Shown: positions 13,308-25,600 of the stretch, in pieces
Layout: every line of letters starts with the position of its first letter
Numbering within the stretch: the first letter of the stretch is position 1
NCBI GenBank assembly: GCA_025558095.1
Contig: JAIVFI010000020.1
Location: forward strand, 620,001-684,000
Source of the DNA: Hyaloraphidium curvatum SAG 235-1
Lineage: Eukaryota; Fungi; Monoblepharomycota
Reading direction: 5' to 3'
DNA length: 64,000 bases
The notes under the pieces: generated by a model
The model's database searches: none
What the model saw: the letters and a program-made list of their open reading frames with translations, nothing else
What the model was told of the DNA's origin: nothing
Made by a program: the position numbers and the translations under genes

Positions 13308-14422
13308 ATGATCATCAAGGGCAAAGTCGCGCTCGTCACGGGCGGCACCGAGGTGCTTTGTGTCGCTGCACTCGCCAAGTCGGGCCGGAATGACCGCCTG
13401 CCGCGTCCCCGAAGGGCATCGGTCTGGCCATCGTCGAGCGGCTCCTAGACGAGGGCGCGCGGGTCATCATCGCCAACCGGTCCGTGGCAAATGCGGAGAA
13501 GGTGCTGCCGGACCTGAGGAAGAAGCGGAACATTGGAGAGCGGGAGGTCACCTTCGTCAAGATGGTGCGGAAGCTCGTGGTCGTGTCTGCCGCGTCGGCC
13601 AGCTCACCCAACTCGAAACTCCCTGCCTTTTGGTGCTTGCAGGACGCCACGGTCATGGACGATGTCCGGAACGCGTTCCAGGCGGCGGTCGACTTTGCCG
13701 ACGGCGAGCTCTCCATCGTCATTGCCAACGCCGGTTTCAGCTCCGATGTTTATGCCCGTGACCTCAAATCCGGCAACGACGAGGGCTGGATGCGCGGGAT
13801 TCAGGGCAACCTGGTCGGCACCATCCTCCTGGGCCGCCTCTCGCTCACGTACTGGCTGGAGAAGGAGCGCAACGGCGTGTTTGTCGTGACCAGCTCCGTC
13901 AACGGCATGCACGGGTTCTACCACGGCGCGGCGCGCGGGCATCCTTCCGTTTCCTGTGGGTGCGAAGCGTACGTGCCGAATGGCATGATCCTGAGCACCG
14001 TGCCTCCTCCAGACCCCGTCGTCAAGGCGGCCCAGATCTCATACGTCGAAACCACCCAGGCAACCATCGACGCCCGCGCCCGCAACAAGGGCATGCCGCA
14101 CGGCAACCAGCGATTCCATGCTATACTTCCGGGCGCCGTCTTCACGAACATCTGGGGCGCCTCGACTCCGGTAAGCATCCCGAGCTTGCTCGGCTGCCTT
14201 TGCTCACATGTTGGCCTGCAGGAGGAAGTCGTGAAGCAGGGGCTCGCGAGGGACAACTGGGTGCCGATGGACAAGCTGGTGGACGCCTACATCGACGTCA
14301 TCGTGGACGAAACCAAGCGGGGGACAACGTGGGTGGTCGGCGGATCGGCGGGCAAGGCGGTCCGCTACCCGGACCCGCCGTCGGTCGACATGGAAAAGTA
14401 CTTTGTCAAGGCGACGATCTGA
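13308..14422 (+). CDS. Short-chain dehydrogenase/reductase
   Basis: MIIKGKVALVTGGTE|GIG Rossmann start, ANAG and TSS motifs; several introns. Confidence 0.85.
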
Positions 14423-14566
14423 TTTTGATTAGTGTGCGATGAGGTGTGAATCAGTTTGCGTCGTGGGAAAGCCACATGACGTGTCGTAGAGCGACCTCCC
14501 CCTCGCCCCTCAACGCCGGCCCTTCAAGCGTGTCCCGCTTCTACTTGCACTTTTCTCGCCCACGCA

Positions 14567-15596
14567 ATGGCTACCGCGGAGACCCACAGAGCGCCCTGTA
14601 AGCCTGTGCGCCCTTAGCCGTTCCGGCTCGTGAATGACTGGCGCCTTCGGGAGCATCCTTGGGGGCCGCCGTCTCCTCCGAGCTCCTTCGTATCCGCACC
14701 GCCGCAGAACAGTTTGATTGGTCGCCGCTGGAGAGGGTGCTCGTCACCCGGAAAAGGTTCACGAGCGATGCCGCCAAGAAGCTGGTGAAGGTCGGTGTCA
14801 TTCGATCGCTCGGCATGCTCAGTCAGTGACATTGCCCCAGGAGCTTTCCCGGTTCCTCGTTCTCAAAGCCTTGCTCGGAGATCTCGACGCCAGCGTGCTC
14901 TCGCCGTCGGGCCCCATCGATACAGCCTGGCACGAGCTGCTGCTCATGCCAACCATGTACCTCGACGTCTGCACCCGTCTCCTCCGGAAGGAAGACCTCG
15001 CGGCGGGCCGCTTGGTGATCGGACACAACCCCCTTGGCGGTCACGATGGGGAAAGAGCGGCAAGGCTTCGGGCCGCGGTGCTGCTTTACAGGAAGGCGTT
15101 TGGGGAGTGCGAGGGTCGTCTCTGGAGGGACGATGTGCTGGTGAAGAGGTTGGAAGAGGCTCTGCCGCCGGAGCAGCAGTCGATTCCGTACCTGTTTGAT
15201 CTCGGAGATTGCGAGCTGCATGGGACCGTCAAGTTCGGCGCGCGCTCGACGGACAAGGAGTACATCAACCAGCTACCGACGTTTGTGAAGAAGAAGGCCA
15301 GGGTGGCGGAGGTGGTCGATCATCCTAAGCTCGGATGGTGCCTGCACGTCGGCACGAGCCCGTTCTGGATCAGAATCGTCGACACCGAGCGCCGTACCTT
15401 TCTTGTTTTCCCCGAAGGCCCGGAGGAGACGGTCCAAACCGTCATGGCTAGGATCCAAGCTGTCGTTCCTTTCAGTTTGGAGTACCATCGGCTGCTGTTC
15501 GAGGGTCAGCGTCTCTTTGACAGGGATACTCTTGGGCATTGGCGGGTTGAATCGGGAGACGCGCTCATGATGGCAGAGGAGATCGGAGGCTGCTGA
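14567..15596 (+). CDS. GRDP-like domain plus C-terminal ubiquitin-like domain protein
   Basis: LSPSGPIDTAWHELLLMPTMY...C...IGHNP motif; C-terminal ETVQTVMARIQ...RLLFEGQRLFDRDTLGHWRVESGD...GGC. The 5' exons are inferred. Confidence 0.7.
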
Positions 15597-15666
15597 GCAC
15601 GGACTTTACGCCGTCGAGGATTGGACTGAATCTTTCCAGTAACTGACACAAGTTGGGTACATCGCA

Positions 15667-16821
15667 TTACAACTTCCCTCCCTGGCCTCCACCCGCCTCC
15701 GCCAGCGCCGCCTTGACCGCCGCCACGGCCCCCCGGATCAGTCCGTCCGTCGACCTCTCGGTCTGGTTGATGGTAGCCGTGAGCACCACCCCCGTCTCGC
15801 GGTGCATGTACATCACGACGCCCCAATAGCCCGTGTGGCCCAGGAACACCATGCCGTCGTACTCGCGCGCGATCACGCCCAGCCCGTAGCCCAGCGTCCC
15901 GGCACGGAGCTGCATCTCGGCGGCATCAAACTCGCGGAACCGCCAGTGCAGCATCTCCGTCAGCAGCGGCTCGGGAACGACCTTCCCACCGAGGAGCGCG
16001 ACAACGAAAGCCGCGAGGTCGTCCACGGTCGACACCAGGCCGCCCCCGGCCCAATCCGTCGTGCCGTGCATGGCGAGAGCATCGCGGGTGCCGATGTAGG
16101 GGTGCGAGATGGGCGCGCCGCGATGCGTCTCGTGGCCCTCGAGGTAGGTGTCCTTAAGGCCGAGCGGGTCGATGATCCGGGCGCGGTACGACTCGTGGAG
16201 CGGCCGGTCGTCAAGCTGCTCGATAGCCACGCCCAAGAGGACGTAGCCCGTGTCGTTGTAGGCATACTTTTGGAGGTCCGGCGCGAACGTGGGTTTGCCC
16301 CAGGCGATGGCACCTTCCAGCATCTCCCGCGGGGTCCAGAAGTGCTGCGGGTCGACCCATGCCGCCCGGCCGAAACCTTTGGACATAGCGTAGTCGAAGA
16401 GGCCCGAAGAGTGTGTCAAGCAGTGCCGTATGGTTACCTTGCGGCCGGATGACACGCCTTCGAGCACGTGCAGCCGGTCCACGACGTCCAGGATCCCCGA
16501 AGGCAAGTACGAGGCAACTGGCTCGTCGAGTTTAATCTTCCCCTCGCCCACGAGCTGAAGCACGACCGCGGCGGTGAAGGTCTTGGTGACCGACGCGATC
16601 CGGAACGTCGTCGCGGCGTGGGCACGGGCTCCGGCTCCCTCCCTGGGGCCCGCGGGCTCGTCTGCGGCACGCACAAGACCGCCGGACGCGTGGCGCGAGG
16701 AGAAATCGAGGGGAGGGACGTCGACTCGGAGGACGCACGCGGCGCCGTCGTGAGCAGCCTCGGCGTCGGCGAGGCGCTGAAGCTCGGCTGCGAGGCGCGG
16801 GTGGGTGGAAAAGGCTGCCAT
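15667..16821 (-). CDS. Serine hydrolase of the beta-lactamase/D-Ala-D-Ala carboxypeptidase (S12) family, intronless, C-terminal GKL
   Basis: FRIASVTKTF (SxxK), LTHSSGL, YNDTGY and GHTG motifs. Confidence 0.9.
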   Translation of the reverse strand: MAAFSTHPRLAAELQRLADAEAAHDGAACVLRVDVPPLDFSSRHASGGLVRAADEPAGPREGAGARAHAATTFRIASVTKTFTAAVVLQLVGEGKIKLDEPVASYLPSGILDVVDRLHVLEGVSSGRKVTIRHCLTHSSGLFDYAMSKGFGRAAWVDPQHFWTPREMLEGAIAWGKPTFAPDLQKYAYNDTGYVLLGVAIEQLDDRPLHESYRARIIDPLGLKDTYLEGHETHRGAPISHPYIGTRDALAMHGTTDWAGGGLVSTVDDLAAFVVALLGGKVVPEPLLTEMLHWRFREFDAAEMQLRAGTLGYGLGVIAREYDGMVFLGHTGYWGVVMYMHRETGVVLTATINQTERSTDGLIRGAVAAVKAALAEAGGGQGGKL

Positions 16822-16981
16822 GGAGATGGCGGGATGTAGCGGCCCGCGATGAATGACGCGGAAAGGCGCGGAAACCGGAGCTACTGGGAGACGGAACGGA
16901 GCAGCTCGACTTATCCGAACGCGACAATGCTGGCGCTTCAACGCGATCCGAGCGCGACGACTACATCCGACCTTCACGCGA

Positions 16982-18059
16982 TCATTTCAAAGCCACGGCA
17001 GTGAGCCAGACGGCCCCGATCGCCATGAGACCCACGATGCCGGGCGCGACCACCGTTGGGATGGCTTTCGCGAACTGGCCCGAGGGAATCACAGGCGTAA
17101 GGCTCAGACTTCGGTCAGTGCCAGGGAGCGGCAAGCTGACCTTGGCATAGCGCTCGAGGGTCTTCATGTGCCCCGAAAAGACTTGGCGTTCGTTGATCCG
17201 GGGGAACGGCACGTCTGGGATCGCGCAGCCGAGGAACTTGCAGAGCGGGCCCCATCCCTCCTTCACGTTGAAGACGAGGAGATTCTGCGGAGAGCATACT
17301 GCTGGATGAGCTGATCCATTCGTGAGAGCCATGCACCAACCTTTGAATCCACATTGGCCCTGACGCTCTCGTTCCAGGCCACGTAGGCCGCTTCCAGCTT
17401 CGCTTCCGACAGAGCCTCCTTCATGGCATCCAAGGCTGCCCTCCATCCCCTCTTCCTCTCAATCTCGATCACGTCGGTGCCCATCCAAACGTCGAGCATA
17501 AACGGGAACATCGTGCCCATCCCCTTGATGATCCAGAACACCGCCCACTCCGGCACCCCCGCGTCGTGCATCTCGTGGAGCCAGCGGTAGTTGTCCGTGA
17601 TGGCATGTGCGATCGTTTCGCGGGCGGACTCGGCCCACGCCCTCGGGGTGTCGCGCACGGTGTGGACTACCTTGACGTCCGGGTTGCGGCGCAGGATTTG
17701 CTCGTACACCAGGCAACCTGGGCGACGCTACAATTCAGCAGCTGGAGGATGGCCAGGAGGGACGATGCGTACCTGGTAGGTCACACTGCGACTTGTATCC
17801 CTTGAACACGTCATCGAGCTTGGGCTCGCCTCCGTGCTTCACATCTACGCGCGCCGGATTCAGAGGGCCGTTCGTTTCGAGCGCCGGACTACAACGTCCC
17901 ACCCCGAAAGACCCCGATCCAGTCCGAGAACATGTTCCTACCAATGACCTCGATCATGTGGTGGCACGGGCCGAAGCCGAGGATCTCCAGGGCCTCCTTG
18001 AGCGACGCCGTGCCCGTGCGGCCCCATCCTGAGCCGATCACGCGCAGGTCTGCGGTCAT
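16982..18059 (-). CDS. Sulfotransferase-domain (P-loop) protein with C-terminal TM anchor
   Basis: N-terminus LRVIGSGWGRTGTASLKEALEILGFGPCHHM; VKEGWGPLCKFLG...PFPRIN; multi-exon. Confidence 0.85.
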
Positions 18060-18395
18060 TTTGAGCGGCTTCGGCGCAAGAATCGATGGACGGGGTGTGT
18101 GAACTGGCCGTTGTTCGCGGCGGAGAAGTTGGTTCCTCCGGCTTGTCGAGTCACCACGAGCGCCACGTCAACGTCGGGCCAACGAACACCGTATGCTAAG
18201 CACCAAAATCAGGCGCAGCTCCGAAATGCGACAAATAGATATGGAATTTCGCGATAAACGGAAGGGCGAAATTGGATGATGCAATCAACCGCCGATCGCC
18301 GCGAAGAGGCCTCAGCGCCATGCGACGTCTGTAATTGATACATCATGTCTACTTTCTGCTTCATTGCCGTCATGAATTCGCGAGTCATCCTGATG

Positions 18396-19635
18396 TCACT
18401 CGGCCGCGTCCGCGCTGCCCCCGGCCGCCTCGGCCTGCTTGACCGCCGAGCACACGTCCCTGTGCCCCCCAGCCCACGCCCGCTTCTGGCAATCGATTCC
18501 GCAGTACACCGCCGTCAGGCAGCGCTTGCATCGACGAAGCTGGACGCCTGGGCCGGCGGGCTTTCCGCACTCGTCGCACCGCTCCCCGCGCGTTTTCCCG
18601 ACGAGCCTGTTGTTGCCGCAGCACGGGCACTTGAGAACCTTCCCGCCCTCGAGGCCCTTCTCCAGCGACTCTAGATTTTCCTGGAGGTGTTTGCCGGCCT
18701 GATCGTAGCGCAGGCGGAGGGGCAGGGAGTCGTGGAAGGCGCGGAGCCCTTCGAGCAGGTGGTACGCTGGAGTTGGGAGGCCCTGCGGCAGTGATCCGGT
18801 TGGTGAATGAGATGAGGGGCGGCCACTTTGATTCCGGTACCTCCTGTGCGAGCTTGCGGGAATGATCGGCCCACTTTTCCGGCGTCTGTAAGAACATCCG
18901 CCTGAGGGTGTCCGCGAAGAGGGCGTAGTGCAGCGCGACCTCCTTCGGCCCCACAACCGGCTCGTCATTCCTGCGGCGACGCGAAACGAGTATCAACCCT
19001 GCATCGACCGCCGGCCTCAGGATGAGCATGAGATCGGCGACGAGATCGAGGAACTCGACGTCGCGTGCGAGCCTCCTGGCAGCCGTCTGCGACATGGCGA
19101 GCTCCGAGAGGAGGCGGAAGACGAGAAACTCCTTGGAAATGACGAAAAAGCCGCCGTAGACCGAGTACAGCGGGTCGCCAGCAGAAGGGGCGTCGCTTGC
19201 GTCGTCGCCGTCCTCCCACCGGGGCGTCCACCCCGCCGCGGAGGCCATTCTTCCGAGCTTGACAACGGCCTGACGAACCTGATGGAACGTGCTTCCGAAA
19301 GTCTGGAGCCCAACTTCGTTCCGCAGCTCTGCTGGCGTGCGGTCGGAAGGCACGCGCTTGCCCGGCGGGAAGAAGGGCGCTCCAACGCCCTGAAAATCAG
19401 GCCCCTTCACGAAGAAGCTGACCATACTGTGCATGTTCTGCAGAGCCGAGAAGATCCGGCGACGTGTCGTTCGGGCCATGTCCACCGTCCAGAAATCCGG
19501 CCACTCGGAAGAGTCGCTGGAAAGGAACTCGTCGGCGACGCCGGAGAGGTACGTTGCGAGGTCCACAGCGGTGTTCGAGACGTTTTCAACCATGTCGGCA
19601 CTGTCGAACTCCTTCCACTTGGCGCGAGGGGACAT
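18396..19635 (-). CDS. MYND zinc-finger protein
   Basis: C-terminal CDECG...LRRCKRCLTAVYCGIDCQKRAWAGGHRDVC. An intron at about 18783-18840 joins two ORFs. Confidence 0.85.
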
Positions 19636-20048
19636 CGTGGCAGTGAAGTGAATGAGTCGGTCGTGGGGATGCGGGTCCCGCGTTAGCAAAGATCACTGCT
19701 GGAAACTTCCATAGAGCTTCAGCGATAAAAGCATAATGCTGTTGATGCAGTCAATTGTTCGGCGATGCCACCGAATCGGAAGCGCGAAACAGGGCATGAC
19801 TTTGATTTGGTCCCCTCGGCGACCTTTACGGTAGTCCATTCTTCGAGCTATGACCATTGAGCCCTCCCCGGCCGGCTATCATCTTATCATTCCTTTCCTT
19901 CTAGAGAACTTGATTCGGCTCTGGTTTCTGCCGGCGACCTTACTTGGCCGGGGGAATCTGCGCCTGCGGCAAAACCCGTTCCGAGCCCCGACGCCCAGAT
20001 AAACACCGCCCGGAGATCCGTCGCCCAGCGTCCCCCAACCGTGCCGCG

Positions 20049-20981
20049 ATGCCAACCCTCGCCCTCCGCGGCTGCAACCTCGCCTACGAGCTCGTTCCCG
20101 GGCCCGCCGCCCACGCGGTCTTCGTCCACGCGTGCGCGGCCAACGCGTGGGCCACCACGCCCGCCGAGGTCGCCGCGCGCGGGATCGGCACGACCACCTA
20201 CGACCGCAGGGGCTACTTCCGCAGCCCGGGATCGACGGAATCGTGGGAACGGCAGGCGGAGGACCTTGCCGAGATAGTGCGGGCGACGGCGCCGGGGAAG
20301 AGGGCGGTTCTCGTTGGGTGGAGCCTCGGATCTGTGCCTTGCCTGATCGTCGCCCGGAAGCACCCCGAGCTCGTCAAGGTGAGTCCCAGGCTGACACGCT
20401 TATGCCGCGCCAGTGCTGAATGTCGCCAATGTGCCTAGGGCGTCGTGCTCGTCGAGCCTGCATACTCTATTTCCGGCTACCGCGGCGAAGGCGTTGGCCA
20501 CATGCTCCGCGGAGTAGTGACATGCCTCGTCTCTGGAAAACTTCCGTTCGAATTCCTGCGCCCCTTCGGCGCCCGTTCCTTCCTCCGCTGGGCGTTCGAC
20601 ACCGACCGCGCTACTGTTCCTGCCGACGTCGCGATCTCGCCGGACGGGTACGATGGAATGTCGGCAGCGGATCGGGAGGACATGATGCGCAACGCTTCGG
20701 CCATCTACGAGGAGCTCTCGACCGGGACGGGGGAGGCCGCGATCTCGGCGCAGCAGGTCGCCGAGATCGCGTGCCCCGTGACGGTGCTGGTCGGCAAGCA
20801 CACCGTGGCGGCGCTCCGGGAGAATGCGCCGAGGGTGCTCGGGATGCTGAGCCGGTCGGCGAACGCGAAGCTGGTCGAGGTGGAGGCAGCGACGCACCTC
20901 ATGCCGCTCCAAGAGGTCGGGGCGAAGGCAATCGCAGAGGCGGTCAGGGCAATGGCTTCTATTCCTGATTCCAAGATGTAG
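20049..20981 (+). CDS. Alpha/beta-fold hydrolase, C-terminal SKM
   Basis: YDRRGYFRS, nucleophile elbow GWSLG and ATHLMP His motif; one intron at about 20379-20438. Confidence 0.88.
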
Positions 20982-21019
20982 ACATCGTTTCTTCAGAGCA
21001 ACAGGGTGCTGCTTGCTTC

Positions 21020-21569
21020 CTACTTGGCCGAGGCTCCGGCCTGCACCCGGCGGATCGCCTCGTGCCACACATCGTTGTTGCCCTCCTCCCTCGTGACGGT
21101 GAGCTTCAGCTTGCTGATCTTCCATCCATGGGCGGTGCGCTTGAAGCCGTTCTCGTACTTGCCGAACATGGTGTAGCGGCTGTTGCCCCGCGTGCCGTCG
21201 AGCCTGGATTCGGGAGACACCGTCAGCCAACACCACCCCCGAACATGTGACGGATCATCACCAGTGCTCGGCCCTCATTGTCGCCCTACAGGTCGCTTCG
21301 TCGCCATTCAAAAAGACCTGCACGTTGGTGATCATGTGCTGGGTGCAGTTGAACTGGGAGATTGCGCCCTTTGTCGAAGCGACGTGCGCCTCCAACGTCA
21401 ACGTAGCCGGCGGGAACCTGGAGTCCATGCCGCTAAAGTCCGCATCCAAGGGGTCCGTGAAGAGCTCGGCGAAGCCGGCAAAGTCCTTCTCGTCCACACA
21501 GGACCCGTAGCGGTCGATGAGGTCCCGGATCGCGTAGACGTCGGCGAGAGCTTTCGAGTCCATTAGCAT
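21020..21569 (-). CDS. SnoaL/NTF2-like protein (BaiE/LinA/scytalone-dehydratase-like fold)
   Basis: AIRDLIDRYGSCVDEKDF...LFTD, TQHMITN, and GKYENGFKRTAHGWKISK; one intron. Confidence 0.85.
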
Positions 21570-21701
21570 TGGTGGGCGCTGCGTCCGGCTCCGTGGCGAA
21601 AGACGGCTGATGGACGGTTTGGAGCAATGTCTCCCACGGCGCGCCAACGCGGTCGCCACGAACGCCAAGTCTTCCCCACCAATCTCGGTCGCACGCGCAG
21701 A

Positions 21702-22567
21702 ATGCCGACGGCTCTGATCACCGGCTGCTCTTCAGGCTTCGGCGAAGGCGCCGCGCTGGCCTTGGCCCGCGCCGGCTACACGGTCTACGCCGGGGTGCGC
21801 GAGACGAAGCGGGCCGCGCGTCTCGCCGAAACCGCTGCGAAGGAGAAGCTGCCCATTACTATCGTCGAGTTCGACGTGAGAGATGGAGAGAAGGTGGCGT
21901 GGAATGCACTTCGCCCTCTCTGTCTGCCCTGACCTTGTCACCACAGGTCAAGTCCGTGGTCGCAGACATCGAGGCCAAAGGACCCATCGACCTCCTCGTT
22001 CCCAATGCTGGTCGCCACCTGATCGCCCCTCTGGAACTGAGCTCGATCGAGGACGTGTCTGCCATCTTCGACATTAACGTGTTTGGCGTGCTCCGCCTCT
22101 GCCAAGCCGTGCTTCCCGGGATGAGGAAGCGCCGCGCGGGCAGGATCGTCGTGGTCACCTCGGGAGGCTCCTTTGTCGCGGTCCCCAACATGGCGGCCTA
22201 CACGGCATCAAAGCACGCCCTGGATGCCATGTGCGCCGCCCTCGCCAACGAGGTCAAGCCGTTCGGGATCACCGTCGCGACGGTGGCCCCCGGAACCTAC
22301 CGCACGGCCATGACGGAGCTCGCGTACCTCCCCAAGGAAACGTACAACTACTCCCGTTTCGCCGGGAGGCAGTGCGTCCAGCACATCAAGGACATTGACG
22401 TCGGGCCGGATCCGGGCCCTGTCTTCGAAGCAATCCTGAAGAGCTGCACGGAACCGGACCCGCCGCTGAGGAGGCTGATTGGATGCGAGGTGCTGCAGCC
22501 GGCCGTGGACATCCACGATTCGTACCAGGCGTGGTTCGCGCCCAAGGAGGACGAGGTGCCCGAGTGA
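21702..22567 (+). CDS. Short-chain dehydrogenase/reductase
   Basis: TALITGCSSGFG, PNAG and YTASKHA motifs; one intron. Confidence 0.9.
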
Positions 22568-22663
22568 GGTCGGATATCTCTGGCGAATGGCCGATCTTCA
22601 TAATCCTAGTCAATACACAAAGAATGCAACTCCCGCCCGTGCACAAGCTATCCATCCAGTCCA

Positions 22664-25600
22664 TTACTTCCGGTTCCCGCCCACAGCGATGTTCTGGCAC
22701 ACGCTGCAGGACCCCGCGGACCCACCGGTGCCCCCGAACGAGTTGCGCCCGTATCCCCACAGCTCGATCTGCACCCCCCACACGCCCGACCAGTCCCATC
22801 GCGAGCCCAGCGGGTTCTCCTCGAGCAGGAACCGCGTATAGGCAGTTGGTACGTAATCCTTCCCCGTTTCGGCGCTGATGAGGTCGGCGAACTCGACTAC
22901 CTTCCAATCGTCCGTGGGCTGCAGCGTCATCCCCACGGGAAAGGTCGGCGCCATGAACGACTCGACAAGCCGCTGCCCCGAAGACGGGTCCGTGGCGAGG
23001 CTGCGGTACACGCCGTTGGAGGTCACCGTCATGACCAGCGTCGGCGACGGGTTGGTGCCAGCGGGCCGGATGCCGTACGGCTTCAGGGCCATCCTCAAGA
23101 CGTGGAAATTGTCGTAGGCGCGCAGGTCCCGCACGTTGTCCGACCAGGGGTCCGACAGGTCCAGCACCGCGGAGCCGTTGGTCGAGAGGTTGCCGATGAA
23201 CGAGGGCTCGGTGATGATCCAGCTGATGTTGCAGAAGCACTGCTCCAGGTCGGCGACCTCGGTCACGCTGGAGAGGGCGGCGTCCAGCTGGTAGGCAAAG
23301 TACTTGGTCGGGCTCGTGAGGCTGGGGTACGAGAAGCTCGAATTGAGCGGGCACGGCAGTGTCTTGGCGAACTGGTAGGCCGCGCATGCTGGATGCGAAT
23401 GTCAGATCGGGCCAGCAGACATCCCCTGGACAGACTACCCACCCTCGTAGATCAGCCCGAGCGACCTCAGTTTCTGCGTGATCAGCGAAAACTCCATGTC
23501 GATCACCGCCTCCACCACCGCTGTCTCGTCGGTGGCCAGCTGGTTCGCCCTCGCCTGCAGCGTATTGGCCTCGGCCAGCGCCGCCTGGTACTTGAGCGCC
23601 GCCACGAGCTCCTTGTTCTGCGCGGCGAGGTAGTTGATCTGCGCCTTGACGAGGTCGCCGCCGGCGTTGGCCGTTTTGGCAAGGGCCTCGGCGTACTCAG
23701 CGGCGCCCGAGATGCCCTGATTAATGGCGGGGCCGATGGTGATGTAGGCCGAGTCTGTGGAGGAGCGGAGGGTGAGCACGGAGCTGCCGACGGGTGCCGT
23801 GCTGCTGCCCACCGTGGAGATCCTGGAAGGCAAGCGCCGAGGAAGCCAGAGAGGCCAGGTTGCCGGAACTCAGGTTTCGCGCGAGCGCGTTGGCGATCTC
23901 GTCGCTGAGGTCCGTGTTGCCGACCGGGTTGCTGATGATGGCGTTGTTGAGCGTCACCGAGGCCTGCGTGCAGCATGATATGCAGTGAGCCGAAGTGAAT
24001 GGGAGGCACCGCACGAGGCACCCACGGCTATGATCGAGTTGATCCCCGACAGGAGTGTTCCAATCTCCTTGAGCAGGTTCGCCACCTTTTCCAGGTCCTT
24101 GAACAGCTCGCCCAGCGACCCCGCGTCCTTGCCGATCTTGGCGATCGCCGCGCCCTCCCCGATCCCGCCAACGAGCGCGGAAAGGATGGCAAAGACGAGC
24201 TCGAATGCGGCCTCGAAGATGTTCTCCTCCACCTTCTTCTTCACGCCCTCCATGAACGCCTTGCCGGTCTCGTTGAGCTTGGCGTGCTCCACGCTGAAGG
24301 AGTAGTTGAGGTGCTGCACCGCCAGCCCCAGCGACTGCACGTAGTTCTTGTCCAAGCCCAGCGTGTCCTGGTACACCTGCGCCTGCGCCTGCTGGGCGGC
24401 CGCCGCGGCCCGGGCAGCCTGCAGCGCCGACGAAAGGGGCTGCGTCGAGTCCCGCGCCGCGTCCACCTGCGCCGCCAGCGCCTCGAGGTTCTGCACTTCG
24501 AGCACCGCGAGCCCGTTGATGCTCGACTGCGAGAGCAGCGGCACCGGCTGGATGGCGAGGTCCCGGCGGTTGGACCGGAGCCACGACTGCTGCGTGAAGA
24601 CGGAGCCCAAGCTGGCCGAGGAGGCGTAGTCCCCGGGTTGCGCGCCGAGGTCGATCAGGTCGCCGAGGTCCAGGGCAAAGGCAAATGCCTCGGCGTAGCG
24701 GCCCGCGCCGACCATCTCGTCCGTGCAGGCGGAGATCAGAGCGGAGATCTGCCGCGGGAGGCCGGGGTAGCCGCCCGCGGGGTTGGGGATAGAGACGATG
24801 TGGCCCTCGGGGCCGAACACGTCGGCGCTCTGCCGCCCGCACTGCGCGTCCTGCAGCTGGGTCATGTTGGGGAGGGTCGGGGGGGAGCCGGGGGGGATGG
24901 TGGCGGACCAGCGCCATAGGAGCTCGATGTCGTTGTTGGCGCGGGGGTCCACGAAGAGGTTGACCGCGTAGTCGGCCGAGGAGGCGACGCCGGCGTAGGG
25001 GTTGGTCGTGGTGGAGGTGTTGCCGGGGGTGCCTTCGGCGTCGTAGAAGGTCTGCGAGGCCAGGTTGAAGGCGCCGTTGGTCCCTTTGCCGGGCCAGGTC
25101 AGCCGATCGGTGTTGTAGGGCCTCCCGTCCTGCGGCGGGGCGTTGATCCAGGCCGAGCCGAAGTAGTTGTTGATCGAAAGACCGAGGGCGCCCCCCGGGG
25201 TCGGGTTCCACGTGTTGATGCACAGGGGCAGGAAGAACGTTGCGGGGTCATCGCCGCGGAAGGCGCAGTTGAAGATGAACATGTACGGCTGCGCAAAGGC
25301 GACGCCCCCTTTGATCCAGTTCTCGCACAGGCGGAACTCCCCGCCGTTGCGCCAGGGCCGAATTCCGACTGTTGAGACACGGGAAGCGGGAACCCAGATC
25401 AGCGGAGAACCAAGGAACGGCGGTCATCGCTACCCACGATCGTAGGTACCCGAGGTGTTGGACACCAGCGGGCTCCCCGCCGGCAGCCCGTTGTACCGCA
25501 CGTCCAGCCGGCCAAACACGCGGCCGGCCGTGATCTTGACGTCGGGCCCTTTCGCGCCCGTGGCCGGGTCCGGCGCGGACGAGTAGACCACCAGTGCGCT

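Noticed and set aside
15667-16821. Antibiotic-resistance beta-lactamase
   Set aside because: The fold family contains mostly esterases and peptidases, there is no secretion signal, and nothing supports beta-lactam specificity.
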